A stretch of DNA of 64,000 bases from Nitrospirota bacterium (GCA_963840455.1 CAWIYV010000011.1:128001-192000), one strand, 5' to 3'. Counted from the first letter of the stretch, positions 28,063 through 38,205 are shown. The notes: a model not told the origin generated them from the sequence alone. Translations and numbers: made by a program.

Positions 28063-30154
28063 AGCTCCGCAGCCGATCCCGCTCCCGCCCGCTCAGGACC
28101 CGGCCTTCCTTCATGAGCTCTCGCTCCACGCCCCGGAGGAGATGGGTCAGGCCCATGGGTCTACGGTCCCGGCGTGCCACAAACAGGGCCGTGAGTATTG
28201 CGAACTTGATTTGTGCTCCGGTCAGCTCCAGGTGCTCGGCGAGCGCAGTGACCTCGTGTTCCAGCTTTTTAGTGTGCTCCGGCCCCGCCAGTTCTTCGGC
28301 TATCTTCCGCCAGATCTCTCCGCGCTGGGCCGAGTTCGGTTTCGGAAACTCCAGCACATAGCGGATTCGTCTGAGGAAGGCGGGATCGATGTTGCTTTTC
28401 CGATTTGTCGCGAGGATCGCGACGCCGCGGTAGTTCTCAACGGCCTGGAGCAGGTATCCCGTATCGGTATTTGCAAATCGGTCATGGGCGTCTTTAATTT
28501 CCGTCCTCTTGCCGAACAGGGCGTCCGCCTCGTCGAAGAGCAGCACGATGTCCATGGTGGCTGCGCGGGAAAGGATGCGTTCCAGGTTCTGGGAGGTCTC
28601 GCCGACATACTTGCTGACCACTGCGGAAAGGTCCACGCGAAACACATCAAGCCCTAGACTCGCGGCAATGACCTGGGCCGCCATGGTCTTGCCCGTTCCC
28701 GGCGGGCCGCTGAACAAGGTCAGTAGTCCTCTGCCTTGGGGAAAGAGGCGACGTCTTTTCGGCTGCTCCCAGAATTCAACGCGTTCCCGGGCCTCGAAGG
28801 CAAGATCTTCCAGGGTGTCGCGGAGATGGTCCGGAACGACGATGTCGTCCCACGTGAAGGGGCACTCGAGCATCTGGGCGAGACTGTCGAGCTTCTTTCG
28901 GTTGGACTCACGCACGAAGGTAAGAGCGGTCTCAGCGCTCTGGATGTTCTGCCGCGCCGCTGATGCGATTTCACCTATCTGCACCCGGTGCTGGGACACA
29001 AGCGTGTCGAACTCCTCGGATTCCCACGATTCCGATTGGGGCACAAAGTGCCGCCAGAGAAGGCGTCGTTCCTCCTGGGATAGTTCCGGCAGTTCGACAC
29101 GGAGGTCTGCGACTCCCGGAACAGGGGGGACCTGCTGCGCTGCTTCCGCAATGACGAACTGCAGGGGAAAAAGAGGAACCGTTACTGGCCATGCCCTCCG
29201 AAGCGGGTTCTCGCCATGCCACGCAAGGGCGCACCGTTCGAGATACGCTTGCCGCTGCGCATGCAAGAACGCCGTATGCCAGGTCTGATCGTCAACCAGG
29301 TCTGTATCGATCGCGAGCAGCGGAAGGCCGAGTCGCGAGCAGATTCCCGCGGCAAAAGTGCGCCGGCCGCTGCTGGATGGTCCGGTAATGTGCAGCCGCA
29401 CGGTCTGGGGAGCTTTTCCCTGGAGCAGTTCCTTGATCGTCGATGCGGTCTCGCTCATCGGCCAGTTCTTCAGGGGCTCAAGGGGATCTTGGAAACGGCT
29501 GATTCCCGCGAGCCGTTCATCAAGATAATCCTCGCCTGCCAGCCAGTCGCAGATGAAGGGGTCACAGATCAGCCTGGCGGGCTCGCCGGAACCGACCTCG
29601 TATTGCCTTACTAGGCCCCACCGCCTGAGCGCAGACTCAGGGCTCCAATGACTTCGATGAACATGTCCGAAGAGCCGCGCGGCCAGTTCCGCAGTCGCGT
29701 ACCCCCGTCCTGCGTGGTCGTGCAGGTAGGCATAAACGCGGGAGAGCGCGGGATCAAGGGCCGGAGCCAGACAGAGCTGTAAAAGGTCTGATTCCGCTGG
29801 GCTGATGTCGAAAAGGGCATGGAGCTGCGCAAAGCGGGACTTGGTGTCCGCAGCTATGGCTGCTTCGAGTCGATCTATTTCATAGTTCAACTGTTTCATA
29901 CCGGCGTCAGATGCAAACCACGCTGCCTCCGCTTCGGGCGAGTCCCGGTTGTCAAGATAGGTGTCGATCTCGGCATGGGTCACTGCCACCGTGCCACCCG
30001 GCGCTCCTTCCTCTGCCCAGAGTTTCCTGAGCCAGGCGACGCGCCGCTTTGCGAGGAGACGCATCCGCGACAACACCCGATCGAGCGCTGCATCGAGCTT
30101 CTCCTGTCCCCTTTCGAATTCCCTGATGGCATGTTGCTGTCGTGTTCGCGTCAT
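28049..30154 (-). CDS. AAA+ ATPase (Afp15/Pvc15-type)
   Basis: GPPGTGKT, VSKYVGET, LLFDEADALFGKR, DAHDRFAN, ATNRKSNIDPAFLRR; ATG at 30154 overlaps the upstream stop. Confidence 0.93.
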   Translation of the reverse strand: MTRTRQQHAIREFERGQEKLDAALDRVLSRMRLLAKRRVAWLRKLWAEEGAPGGTVAVTHAEIDTYLDNRDSPEAEAAWFASDAGMKQLNYEIDRLEAAIAADTKSRFAQLHALFDISPAESDLLQLCLAPALDPALSRVYAYLHDHAGRGYATAELAARLFGHVHRSHWSPESALRRWGLVRQYEVGSGEPARLICDPFICDWLAGEDYLDERLAGISRFQDPLEPLKNWPMSETASTIKELLQGKAPQTVRLHITGPSSSGRRTFAAGICSRLGLPLLAIDTDLVDDQTWHTAFLHAQRQAYLERCALAWHGENPLRRAWPVTVPLFPLQFVIAEAAQQVPPVPGVADLRVELPELSQEERRLLWRHFVPQSESWESEEFDTLVSQHRVQIGEIASAARQNIQSAETALTFVRESNRKKLDSLAQMLECPFTWDDIVVPDHLRDTLEDLAFEARERVEFWEQPKRRRLFPQGRGLLTLFSGPPGTGKTMAAQVIAASLGLDVFRVDLSAVVSKYVGETSQNLERILSRAATMDIVLLFDEADALFGKRTEIKDAHDRFANTDTGYLLQAVENYRGVAILATNRKSNIDPAFLRRIRYVLEFPKPNSAQRGEIWRKIAEELAGPEHTKKLEHEVTALAEHLELTGAQIKFAILTALFVARRDRRPMGLTHLLRGVERELMKEGRVLSGRERDRLRSYAKG

Positions 30155-31446
30155 GGCATCTTGATCCACTGCGGAGAAGACTCCGCGCCGTTCACGAAAA
30201 TCCGCAGCGGATAATTTTTACCCGGCTCCAGCGTGGTCGGCAGCTGCACGGTGATCTGGGACGTGGAATCGATTGTGAACTCGCCGCTTGCGAGCGGCCC
30301 GCCAGAGGAGAGCGCCAGTCTTATCTGCCCCACATATACCTGCACGCCCCCCGTGGGAATGTCTGCGTGCCGGAAGAGATATCCGGTTATGACGACCTTA
30401 TGGACAGCATCGGGTGGAGCAACAGAATCAATCCGCGGAGTAATGGTGAAAGGGCAAGCGTTGGATCGATGTTCGATATCCTGCGTCCCCGATGGTGTGG
30501 CCAGTTTTCTGGTGACTTTTGCAATTACAGCGTATACTCCTGGAATCACATCGTTTCCGTTGGCCTTTTCCTGTGCCACGGACGAAAGCTCGATGGCTGT
30601 TGCAGCAAGGCTCCATGAAGCGGTAACGTCAACCGGATCGCTCCAGCGCTGATGACACAGCAATAAAGACGTCCGCTCGCCGGTAAAGCCTGCACCTTTA
30701 AATTTGATCCTGCTCTTTTCGATTGCCGGGTCGTTAGGTGGCAATCCTGTTTTTACAGAAGGCGCCTGGGCGGGTTGAAGCGTCAGGTTTTGTGTTGCTA
30801 ATGTGCCTGGTATTAGGAAGGACATAGTGCTTTGACTGCTGTCTATCCTCGGAGCCCCGTTGACAAAGGTCTGAATCCCGTATGCCAAGACTCGGCCAGC
30901 CCGGGATTTCGACTCCTCCGGCTCAAGCAGAGCGACAGAAACCTGGTAATAGGCGGCAAGACGGAGGGGCGATGATCCGGCTGTCCAGTAGCTCACGGCA
31001 TCATGGTGTGCAACAGGCTGAAGCACGATCCGCAGACGGTTATTATCCCCTTGGAGGTCCGCGGGATAAATGCTCGTTCCGTCAATCGCTGTTGCATCGT
31101 CTATGATCGGATAATCGCGAAGGGCCTTAATAGCAATGCCCATCATCTGCTGTTCAAGAAGACTGTCTTCAGAAGTGCTGCGAGCGGTAAGCTGGTAAAA
31201 GAGATTCAGCCCCATGGGCGTATAACGGACGGGTGGTGTGTCGTTGCCTAGTGCAGGCAGATTTTTGTAATGCGCATCCTCTGCTATGTGATAGAGATAC
31301 AGGCCGATGGAGTCGCCGGTCAGCAGGTTCGGCGGCTGGGGTGAAACAGTAGGAGCAGTAGCACCCCATGCCGGCGATGCTCTGAAATATTCCGAGATCA
31401 GTGTGGTGAGCGCCTGGGTCACCAGGCTGATATTCAGCAATGCCAT
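30151..31446 (-). CDS. DUF4255 (Pvc16/Afp16-like) cap/terminator protein with C-terminal Ig-like domains
   Basis: IGLYLYHIAEDAHYKN, LNLFYQLTA, LAAYYQVSVALLE. Confidence 0.88.
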   Translation of the reverse strand: MALLNISLVTQALTTLISEYFRASPAWGATAPTVSPQPPNLLTGDSIGLYLYHIAEDAHYKNLPALGNDTPPVRYTPMGLNLFYQLTARSTSEDSLLEQQMMGIAIKALRDYPIIDDATAIDGTSIYPADLQGDNNRLRIVLQPVAHHDAVSYWTAGSSPLRLAAYYQVSVALLEPEESKSRAGRVLAYGIQTFVNGAPRIDSSQSTMSFLIPGTLATQNLTLQPAQAPSVKTGLPPNDPAIEKSRIKFKGAGFTGERTSLLLCHQRWSDPVDVTASWSLAATAIELSSVAQEKANGNDVIPGVYAVIAKVTRKLATPSGTQDIEHRSNACPFTITPRIDSVAPPDAVHKVVITGYLFRHADIPTGGVQVYVGQIRLALSSGGPLASGEFTIDSTSQITVQLPTTLEPGKNYPLRIFVNGAESSPQWIKMP

Positions 31447-31448
31447 GG

Positions 31449-32279
31449 CTACATTTGCCCCAGACCGAAACGCAGAGGAGAACGTAATCGGCCTTTCTGA
31501 TCAGATGGTTCCGTTTTTGTCATCGACGATCCATCATGTCCATGCCGCCGTTCATGCCGCGGTGACGGCGCTTGTGCAACGACCTCAACCTTCATCTGCT
31601 CGATAATAAGCTTGTTTGTTGCCTTTACTTCCTCTCGCGTGATTGACTGGTGCCGCGTCGTCTCTTGCAGAGCCACCGGTGACAGTGTCGGCACGATCTC
31701 GGTCACTATGCTAATCGATCTGTCTGCATTGTCACGGTCATCGAGCGATCTCCTGGTTTCCTGTGTGTCCTGGGTTGACTTTTCCAGTGTTCGCTGTGTA
31801 ACTTCTTCATGCTCGTTGAAGCTATGTTTCTGAATCAAGTTTGATTTATCATAATCAAAACCCTTTAATTGCTGGAATGTTCGAACTTCTGGAGGTGTTG
31901 TATCTTTTCGCTCGATATTTCCAACGGATGTGTTTACCTGGATAGTATTCATTCTGTCGAGTACCACTGCCGGGGAATCCGACACCTTCTCATGGGATAC
32001 AGAAATAGCATCGTTCTCTTTAATATGATCTGTCTTGCCCTTTGCGTTCTCATTCAGGTGCGGAATCGCGGATTCAGGAGGAGGAACTAGATAAGATGTG
32101 CCTTCCTCCTTACGCTGGTTGCGAAGAACGTTATCGGAAATGGTTTCCTCTCCCTTTGTTTGTTCCGGGGAAAGCTCCTCAGTATTGGTCCATAGAGCAT
32201 TGTGGACAGACGGACTTATGGAGAAATGATGGCAACTTCCGTTGATCCTGCTCACGATTTGTCGTAAATATCCGCTCAT
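31449..32279 (-). CDS. hypothetical low-complexity eCIS protein
   Basis: MSGYLRQIV start, charged and disordered-looking middle, LIIEQMKVEVV and LRFGLGQM end; in operon. Confidence 0.7.
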   Translation of the reverse strand: MSGYLRQIVSRINGSCHHFSISPSVHNALWTNTEELSPEQTKGEETISDNVLRNQRKEEGTSYLVPPPESAIPHLNENAKGKTDHIKENDAISVSHEKVSDSPAVVLDRMNTIQVNTSVGNIERKDTTPPEVRTFQQLKGFDYDKSNLIQKHSFNEHEEVTQRTLEKSTQDTQETRRSLDDRDNADRSISIVTEIVPTLSPVALQETTRHQSITREEVKATNKLIIEQMKVEVVAQAPSPRHERRHGHDGSSMTKTEPSDQKGRLRSPLRFGLGQM

Positions 32280-33076
32280 GAATGCCCCCTTTGTCGGACT
32301 GAGGATCCGGTGTCGGCCAGGTCCACATACATGAGCCTCACGCTCCGGGGCAACGATAGGATCTCGTTGAGGCTCCAGCCATAGGTGCGTGCGAGCCGGT
32401 CCACTTCACGGGCAAGAAGCTTTTTGCCGCTTCCAAGGGCAGTAAGGAGGAAATACTGGATGTCGAAATGTACTACCTGTTGCTCACCACACTCAGGACA
32501 TCGTGCGTCCATATCAAGATCCAGCAGGGGGGCCGCTTCTTCCATCGCGCGCTCTATGGCATCCGGGTCGTCTTGAGTTTGTCTGTTAATGACACAGCGC
32601 TGGAGTAGCACGTTAATAGCTCGGTCTGGTTCTATTTCCAACACGGCGCATTCATCCTCTCCGGTAGGAAGCCGGAAGCAGGTGCCTTCCGGCAGGGTAA
32701 AAACGCCGTCATGCTCCTGCTGAGTATGCGCGTGTTTCACGTTCCGGGCCAAGTGGTCAAGCAGGGCGCCAAGGTCAAAGCCCACATCAAAGGGGGCCTT
32801 GCATTTCCTGCACATCACAGTACTTTCGATTGTTGACCCGTATGTGCGCGAATATATCTCGGCCAACAGCCGATCCCGCTCTGCTGTTGGCAATTTCTTG
32901 GCAGTGCCAGATACAACATTGGAGCCTGGATCATTCACGAGGAGTCGATCCAGCAGGTGGATGGCCTCCATCGTCCCAAGGCCGCCCATATCCTGTTCGT
33001 CATGGCCGCATATTTCCCTCAAAGTTGCCCAGTGACAGTTCGGCATGAAGCATATTGGCACTTGATAGATCGACAT
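32276..33076 (-). CDS. T4 gp26-like baseplate/tail assembly protein
   Basis: Two CxxC motifs (CRKC, CPEC), FRLPTGED, LARTYGWSLNEILSLP. Confidence 0.8.
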   Translation of the reverse strand: MSIYQVPICFMPNCHWATLREICGHDEQDMGGLGTMEAIHLLDRLLVNDPGSNVVSGTAKKLPTAERDRLLAEIYSRTYGSTIESTVMCRKCKAPFDVGFDLGALLDHLARNVKHAHTQQEHDGVFTLPEGTCFRLPTGEDECAVLEIEPDRAINVLLQRCVINRQTQDDPDAIERAMEEAAPLLDLDMDARCPECGEQQVVHFDIQYFLLTALGSGKKLLAREVDRLARTYGWSLNEILSLPRSVRLMYVDLADTGSSVRQRGHS

Positions 33077-33099
33077 GACACCTTTTTACTCGTGATCGA

Positions 33100-33606
33100 T
33101 TACTTCTCTGTTGGTTCGGGAACTTCGACATCGCGCTCCCAACCTTCATTCTGCACGACCATGGATTCGATGGCCACGGAGTTTCCTCCGGCATCCAGCT
33201 CCGGCAATGCCGTATACTCGGAAACCCAGCAGCGATACACCTTGTACGCCTTTGCCACGCTTCCTTGCTCGTTCAGAAGCTCAATGATGATGTCTTTGCG
33301 GAAGTTCTTGAGAGAGATGGCGGCGTCGCCTCCGGTGTTGTAGATGAGCTTTGCCCAGTTCTCGAACTCCACATCGTGCGTCACGCCGCGCTCAAGGTGG
33401 ATGGGCTCAAATTTCCATTTCGACGGTGCAACGCGTGAAGTACTTGGATCGCCTCCCTCGCGGTGCGTGACCGGCTCCGTCGACTGCTTCAGAGCGCCGA
33501 TCTTGCTGACACCCGCGACGTATTTGCCGTCCCACTTGATCCGGAACTTGAAGTTCTTGTACGGATCGAATCGATGCGCATTAACGGGGAATTGTGGCGC
33601 GCCCAT
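33100..33606 (-). CDS. phage tail tube protein (T4 gp19 family)
   Basis: RFDPYKNFKFRIKWDG, HREGGD, IHLERGVT, ELDAGGNSVAIE. Confidence 0.95.
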   Translation of the reverse strand: MGAPQFPVNAHRFDPYKNFKFRIKWDGKYVAGVSKIGALKQSTEPVTHREGGDPSTSRVAPSKWKFEPIHLERGVTHDVEFENWAKLIYNTGGDAAISLKNFRKDIIIELLNEQGSVAKAYKVYRCWVSEYTALPELDAGGNSVAIESMVVQNEGWERDVEVPEPTEK

Positions 33607-33633
33607 ATCATTTTCTCCTTTTTTTACAGTATG

Positions 33634-36180
33634 TTAGACTTGGACCTGTCCAGCCATCTGCTGTAGTTTGATAATTACGAATTCTGCCGGCTTGAGAGGT
33701 GCAAAGCCCACGTGAATGTTGACTATGCCAAGATTGATGTCATTCTGCGTCGTCGTCTCCTTGTCGCATTTGACAAAATAGGCATCTCGCGGCACCTGGC
33801 CCTGGAACGCTCCCTGCCGGAAGAGATCGTGCATGAACGCCCCGACGTTGAGGCGAATCTGCGACCAGAGTGGCTCGTCGTTGGGTTCAAAGACAACCCA
33901 TTTTAGATTTCGATAGAGAGTTTCTTCTATGAAGAGAGCCAATCTCTTAACGGGTATATATTTATACTCGCTCGCAAAACTGTCATCGCCATCCATGGTG
34001 CGTGCGCCCCAATTGACAATGCCGTTGGGGAATAGTCGCAAGGTATTGACCGCTTTGGGATTCATGTAACCATTTTCTGTATCTGAAAAATTATACTCTA
34101 GGCCTTGTACACCTCTCAGATCGGCTTCGGTTCCTGCCGGGGCTTTCCACACGCCACGGGCGCTATCGATGCGCGCCATGAGTCCGGCAATGGCACCACT
34201 CGGGCCGATTGTTACAGTACCACCGTTTTCACGCACTTTGATTCTTGGAAAAAATACAGCACTCGAGTTCTTTACTAGTCCAATTCGCAGTGAATTTACT
34301 CCATCAGTGGGACTGACAGCGATATTAGAATCCTTCCATTTCTCAGGTGGATCAATCAGGAGGAACGCTCGACGTTTTTCACAAAAAACACTTGCAGGCG
34401 GCCAAAGACTTGCTGATGTCTTATCATCATGATCTCTATCTTTTGGCAAAACCATTATATTGAACAAATCCACTTCGCTGTCGATAATCTTAAAAGCTTT
34501 TTCATAATCAGGCAACTGAGGTGTGCCGCCATCATTTCCCGCTATCCCGGGAACAACCTGACATGCGCTGGATCCGCTGGTGCCGAGGCAATAGCATCGC
34601 GTATTTTTTATGAAGCTTGGACCGACATCTTTTCCTCCACCTGCTATGCTGCTCGTGCTGATATTCGTTGATATGTTTTCAGTTTTTTCAGTGCTCTTTA
34701 TTACGAGGCGTGCGCCCCACACCTCAGCACTCCAGACAAAATCCCGTTTTTTTACCCGCACGCTGTTAATTGCTTCCGCAATTATATTCAGCTTTTCTCT
34801 GACACCCCGGGCACCATTATTTACGTTTGTCGCGCTACTATCGTGATACATACTTGCCACGTTACCCGACGGCAAGGGAGGGGTCGTCGTGAGTTTGTAA
34901 GGCCCTGTTAAATCAATATCGGTTCCAGCAATCGTAATTCTGTCAAAAGCTGTTTGATCAGATTGGGAAAATTCATCGAGATCATCTATGTTAAACGTGC
35001 CTCCTGATGGATCTGTCGGGCGAAAGACGATTCCGTTTGGGGCCGGTCGCTTTTTAGCATATTTAGATATTTCAAGCCCACCTAGAGCCGGACCCAGCAT
35101 CAGAGGGGCGGCGAGGTCTTTATCAGCCGCCGGCTCAATAAGTACATCTCCTTTGGCTGATGCGATAATAATGTAGTAAGTAATTTGATTATCCTGACCT
35201 GGATAGCTGTTCGGGCCTGTATAGAAGGGAAGTGCAGTAAGCCCGGCCGGGGTATAACTAGAATTTATGCATACGTATACCTTCGCTCCAAATGCGAGAC
35301 TGTCGTTAATAGTCTTCTCGACCACACCCCCTATGTTATTCCATATTGTATCGTTAGTATATAATTGCATATTCGCGGCGCCACCGCTCCCGTAAATGGG
35401 ATGAGCCGCATCAAGAAATGTAATAGCGGATAGATCGACATCTACAAAAGGATTACCGTCAACGCTGATTCTGAATTTATTTCCAAGTGCATTAGCATTG
35501 GCCCCAAACAGTTGTGAAATTTGTTGGGCAAAAAAAGGATGGTCATTGTTTTTAGCGGAAATCGGTCTCCCCGATTGTGAGTACCCATAAGCCGCTTCAG
35601 TTCCGGGGCCGCCGCTGACATCTGTAATGTCGACTAAGGCCGAGTTTTGAGTTACAAGCGTCGGTGCAAATCGTGGGCTATTCGGATCCATGCATAATTC
35701 TCGATATATCTCGCTCTCAGATTCAGAGAGAGAATCTCCTCTCTTTATCATTCGGAATACTCTGAGATTGAAAGTGGACTCTGGTCGTTGGGTATTGTAG
35801 TCAACGGCAATACGAATTTCATCTCCGGCAACACCCGCTGATTTAGCAGTGATCTTTATAGAGTCGGCACTGGCATCTTCGTTTTTTATTGTTATTTCAG
35901 ACTTTCTCCATGTGTTATCTGCGATGCGCATGACATAACAATCTGTCCCGCCGTTCATAAAAAACATTTTCACCGCTCTCACGAGGTCGCTTCCGGCGTC
36001 AAGAGCTGTAAATTTCCGTTCGAACGCATCAAAGCTTGAACATCGATTCGGTTTGAACAATTCGCCTTTCTTCGCTCGGCCAATGAACATCGCAGTTGAA
36101 GTTCCAACTCCTACAATGGTTCTTACTCCACTTGGGATTTCTTCTACATAAACGCCCGGATACGTCGGATTTACTGGCAT
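33634..36180 (-). CDS. contractile tail sheath protein with a large internal insertion
   Basis: YPGVYVEEIPSG, RGVWKAPAG, WGARTM, WVVFEPNDEPLW, VGFAPLKPAEFVII. Confidence 0.95.
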   Translation of the reverse strand: MPVNPTYPGVYVEEIPSGVRTIVGVGTSTAMFIGRAKKGELFKPNRCSSFDAFERKFTALDAGSDLVRAVKMFFMNGGTDCYVMRIADNTWRKSEITIKNEDASADSIKITAKSAGVAGDEIRIAVDYNTQRPESTFNLRVFRMIKRGDSLSESESEIYRELCMDPNSPRFAPTLVTQNSALVDITDVSGGPGTEAAYGYSQSGRPISAKNNDHPFFAQQISQLFGANANALGNKFRISVDGNPFVDVDLSAITFLDAAHPIYGSGGAANMQLYTNDTIWNNIGGVVEKTINDSLAFGAKVYVCINSSYTPAGLTALPFYTGPNSYPGQDNQITYYIIIASAKGDVLIEPAADKDLAAPLMLGPALGGLEISKYAKKRPAPNGIVFRPTDPSGGTFNIDDLDEFSQSDQTAFDRITIAGTDIDLTGPYKLTTTPPLPSGNVASMYHDSSATNVNNGARGVREKLNIIAEAINSVRVKKRDFVWSAEVWGARLVIKSTEKTENISTNISTSSIAGGGKDVGPSFIKNTRCYCLGTSGSSACQVVPGIAGNDGGTPQLPDYEKAFKIIDSEVDLFNIMVLPKDRDHDDKTSASLWPPASVFCEKRRAFLLIDPPEKWKDSNIAVSPTDGVNSLRIGLVKNSSAVFFPRIKVRENGGTVTIGPSGAIAGLMARIDSARGVWKAPAGTEADLRGVQGLEYNFSDTENGYMNPKAVNTLRLFPNGIVNWGARTMDGDDSFASEYKYIPVKRLALFIEETLYRNLKWVVFEPNDEPLWSQIRLNVGAFMHDLFRQGAFQGQVPRDAYFVKCDKETTTQNDINLGIVNIHVGFAPLKPAEFVIIKLQQMAGQVQV

Positions 36181-36220
36181 GGGAAAACCTCCTTAACTTA
36201 TGGCTGATTAGTATCAGAAT

Positions 36221-36514
36221 TTACTTATCATGTTCGATGTCATTTAGGATCTTATGTATTACCTCAGCCTTATGTTCGTTAAGTCGATAGCGTATTCGTG
36301 AATACGAATCCTTCCATGTCAGAATGAACTTTTGGTCGACAAGTCTGGCAATCGCCTCTTCGACCAAGTCTCGCTGATACTTGATCTTCCTTTCCAGCAG
36401 CCACCACTGAACGATACCCTCCAAGGTATCCTGTGCATCAGGGTGGTCTGCCAGATACGCCAGGATCTCCTGTGCTATCTGTGTTTTGTCGGGAAGACAG
36501 AGGTCGCCTTTCAC
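36221..36514 (-). CDS. small winged-helix-like hypothetical protein at the head of the eCIS operon
   Basis: EILAYLADHPDAQDTLEGIVQWWL...VEEAIARLV; the track's TTG start at 36532 lies inside the promoter, so GTG at 36514 is preferred. Confidence 0.7.
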   Translation of the reverse strand: MKGDLCLPDKTQIAQEILAYLADHPDAQDTLEGIVQWWLLERKIKYQRDLVEEAIARLVDQKFILTWKDSYSRIRYRLNEHKAEVIHKILNDIEHDK

Positions 36515-36527
36515 GATATTATCTATT

Positions 36528-36543
36528 TGCAACTGATATGCCG
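36528..36543 (-). promoter_or_regulatory. sigma-54 (-24/-12) promoter for the eCIS operon
   Basis: Minus strand CGGCATATCAGTTGCA = GG-N10-GC with TTGCA; adjacent to an enhancer-binding protein gene. Confidence 0.8.
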
Positions 36544-36780
36544 TACAACATTGGGAGAAAGCGCGCGCCTCGCAAAACCATTTTATTGTTAAGAATCAAC
36601 GCGGAAAGGGTAAGTCTAAAAGCGGAAGGATCGCAAAGGATCGCAACTGAATGACTCTCGACGACAAGCTGCCAGATGACAGGTGGAGGTTTTTATCCGG
36701 GTGATTGTGCTGCAGATTGCGCAAGAGGCTGATGATCAAGGAGATTGCTGCTAGGACAGAAATGTCATGGTACGGCGTAT

Positions 36781-38205
36781 CTATATCCTGGATTTTGGCG
36801 AATGTGGCTTGAAAGTTTCTCCATCGATCTCGTACTTCCGCATGAGTTCCCAGAAGGCACGGCGGTTTTTCTGTGCGGCCTGCGCTGCTTTCGTTATATT
36901 TCCCTGATAGGTCTGCAGCAGTCCCTGCATATATCGTTTCTCGAAATCCGCGATCACTTTCGCTTTTTCCGCCCGGAACGAGTCTCGTTGGTTTTCGGTA
37001 TCCGCATGAGGAAGACAAATATCTGTTTCCTTCAGACTGTTGCCCTGAGAGAAGATCACTGCTCGTTTTATTATATTTTCCAACTCCCGCACGTTGCCCG
37101 GCCAGTCGTATCTACAGAGCTTCTGTATCGCCCTGGGCGTCAGATCATTGATCTGTTTTCCCGCTTCATCCGCTGACTCTTCAAGAAAATGGCGTGTCAG
37201 GAGCGGCAGGTCGTCTATCCGCTCCCTGAGAGGCGGCAGCGGTACATGTATGATGCTCAGCCGATAGAAGAGATCCTGCCGGAACCTGCCGGTCTTCACT
37301 GCCTGATCAAGCTCCGTGTTTGCCGCAACAATGATACGCACGTCGGCCCGCTGCACTTTTGACGACCCAAGCTTTCTATATTCTTTTTCCTGAAGGAAGC
37401 GAAGGAGCTTGACCTGGGCCTGGAGCGGCAGGCAGTCTATCTCATCAAGGAACAGCGTTCCCTCGTCAGCCTCGCTGATCAGCCCGTCATGAGAATGGGT
37501 CGCACCCGTATAGGCCCCGCGGACATGGCCGAAGAGCTCGTTTTCCACAAGGTCGGTGGGAATGGCGCCGCAGTTCACCGGCAGGAAAGGCTTACCCGCC
37601 CGGGGGCCAAGGTAGTGAATCGCACGAGCGCACAGTTCCTTGCCGGTACCGGTCTCGCCTGATATTTGCACACAAACGTCGCTCTGAGCTATCAAGGGGA
37701 TCGTATTGATGACCTCCCGGAACACGGCGCTTTCGCCGATCATTTGCTGCAGACCGATTTTCGTTTTGAGCGTGTGCGTGAGCGTCGTTCTTCGTTGTGC
37801 GTGATCGACCAATCGCCACAAGCGCGGAAGGATATCAACAGCTCTCAGAGGGCCAGGAATATAGTCGGCCGCACCGAGCTTGAGATATTCTATGGCCTCA
37901 TCGGGATCACTCGCTTCGCTTACAATAACGAGTGGAACATTGGGCTTCTTCTTGTTTAATATTGAGATTATACGGCCGACCTCGGCAGGTGGTATTGAGG
38001 AAGAAACGAGGAAATGAACATCGCCGTCTTCGATGTATTTTTTTGCATGGCTATTTATGTGGTCAACCAGGTCTGATGCAGTTGTATACGGGCATTTGAG
38101 ATGATTTACTAGAATGTTCGGTGAGCTCGCAAGAATATCGTCGAGAGTGATCCCTAGCTCAGCAGATGGGTGAATATCCAGTAGGAGTATCCTCATATTT
38201 TTCAT
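36781..38205 (-). CDS. sigma-54-dependent enhancer-binding protein (NtrC-like) with an atypical receiver domain
   Basis: GETGTGKE, ELFGHVRGAYTGA, LFLDEI, FRQDLFYRL, WPGNVREL, Fis-type HTH. Confidence 0.93.
   Translation of the reverse strand: MKNMRILLLDIHPSAELGITLDDILASSPNILVNHLKCPYTTASDLVDHINSHAKKYIEDGDVHFLVSSSIPPAEVGRIISILNKKKPNVPLVIVSEASDPDEAIEYLKLGAADYIPGPLRAVDILPRLWRLVDHAQRRTTLTHTLKTKIGLQQMIGESAVFREVINTIPLIAQSDVCVQISGETGTGKELCARAIHYLGPRAGKPFLPVNCGAIPTDLVENELFGHVRGAYTGATHSHDGLISEADEGTLFLDEIDCLPLQAQVKLLRFLQEKEYRKLGSSKVQRADVRIIVAANTELDQAVKTGRFRQDLFYRLSIIHVPLPPLRERIDDLPLLTRHFLEESADEAGKQINDLTPRAIQKLCRYDWPGNVRELENIIKRAVIFSQGNSLKETDICLPHADTENQRDSFRAEKAKVIADFEKRYMQGLLQTYQGNITKAAQAAQKNRRAFWELMRKYEIDGETFKPHSPKSRI

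Noticed and set aside
27515-29288. Plus-strand ORFs of 380 and 259 aa
   Set aside because: Antisense to the AAA ATPase and DUF4157 genes.
8137-36180. Prophage or T6SS interpretation of the tail genes
   Set aside because: No capsid, portal, terminase, integrase or TssJLM/ClpV genes; DUF4255, an Afp15-type ATPase and DUF4157 indicate eCIS.
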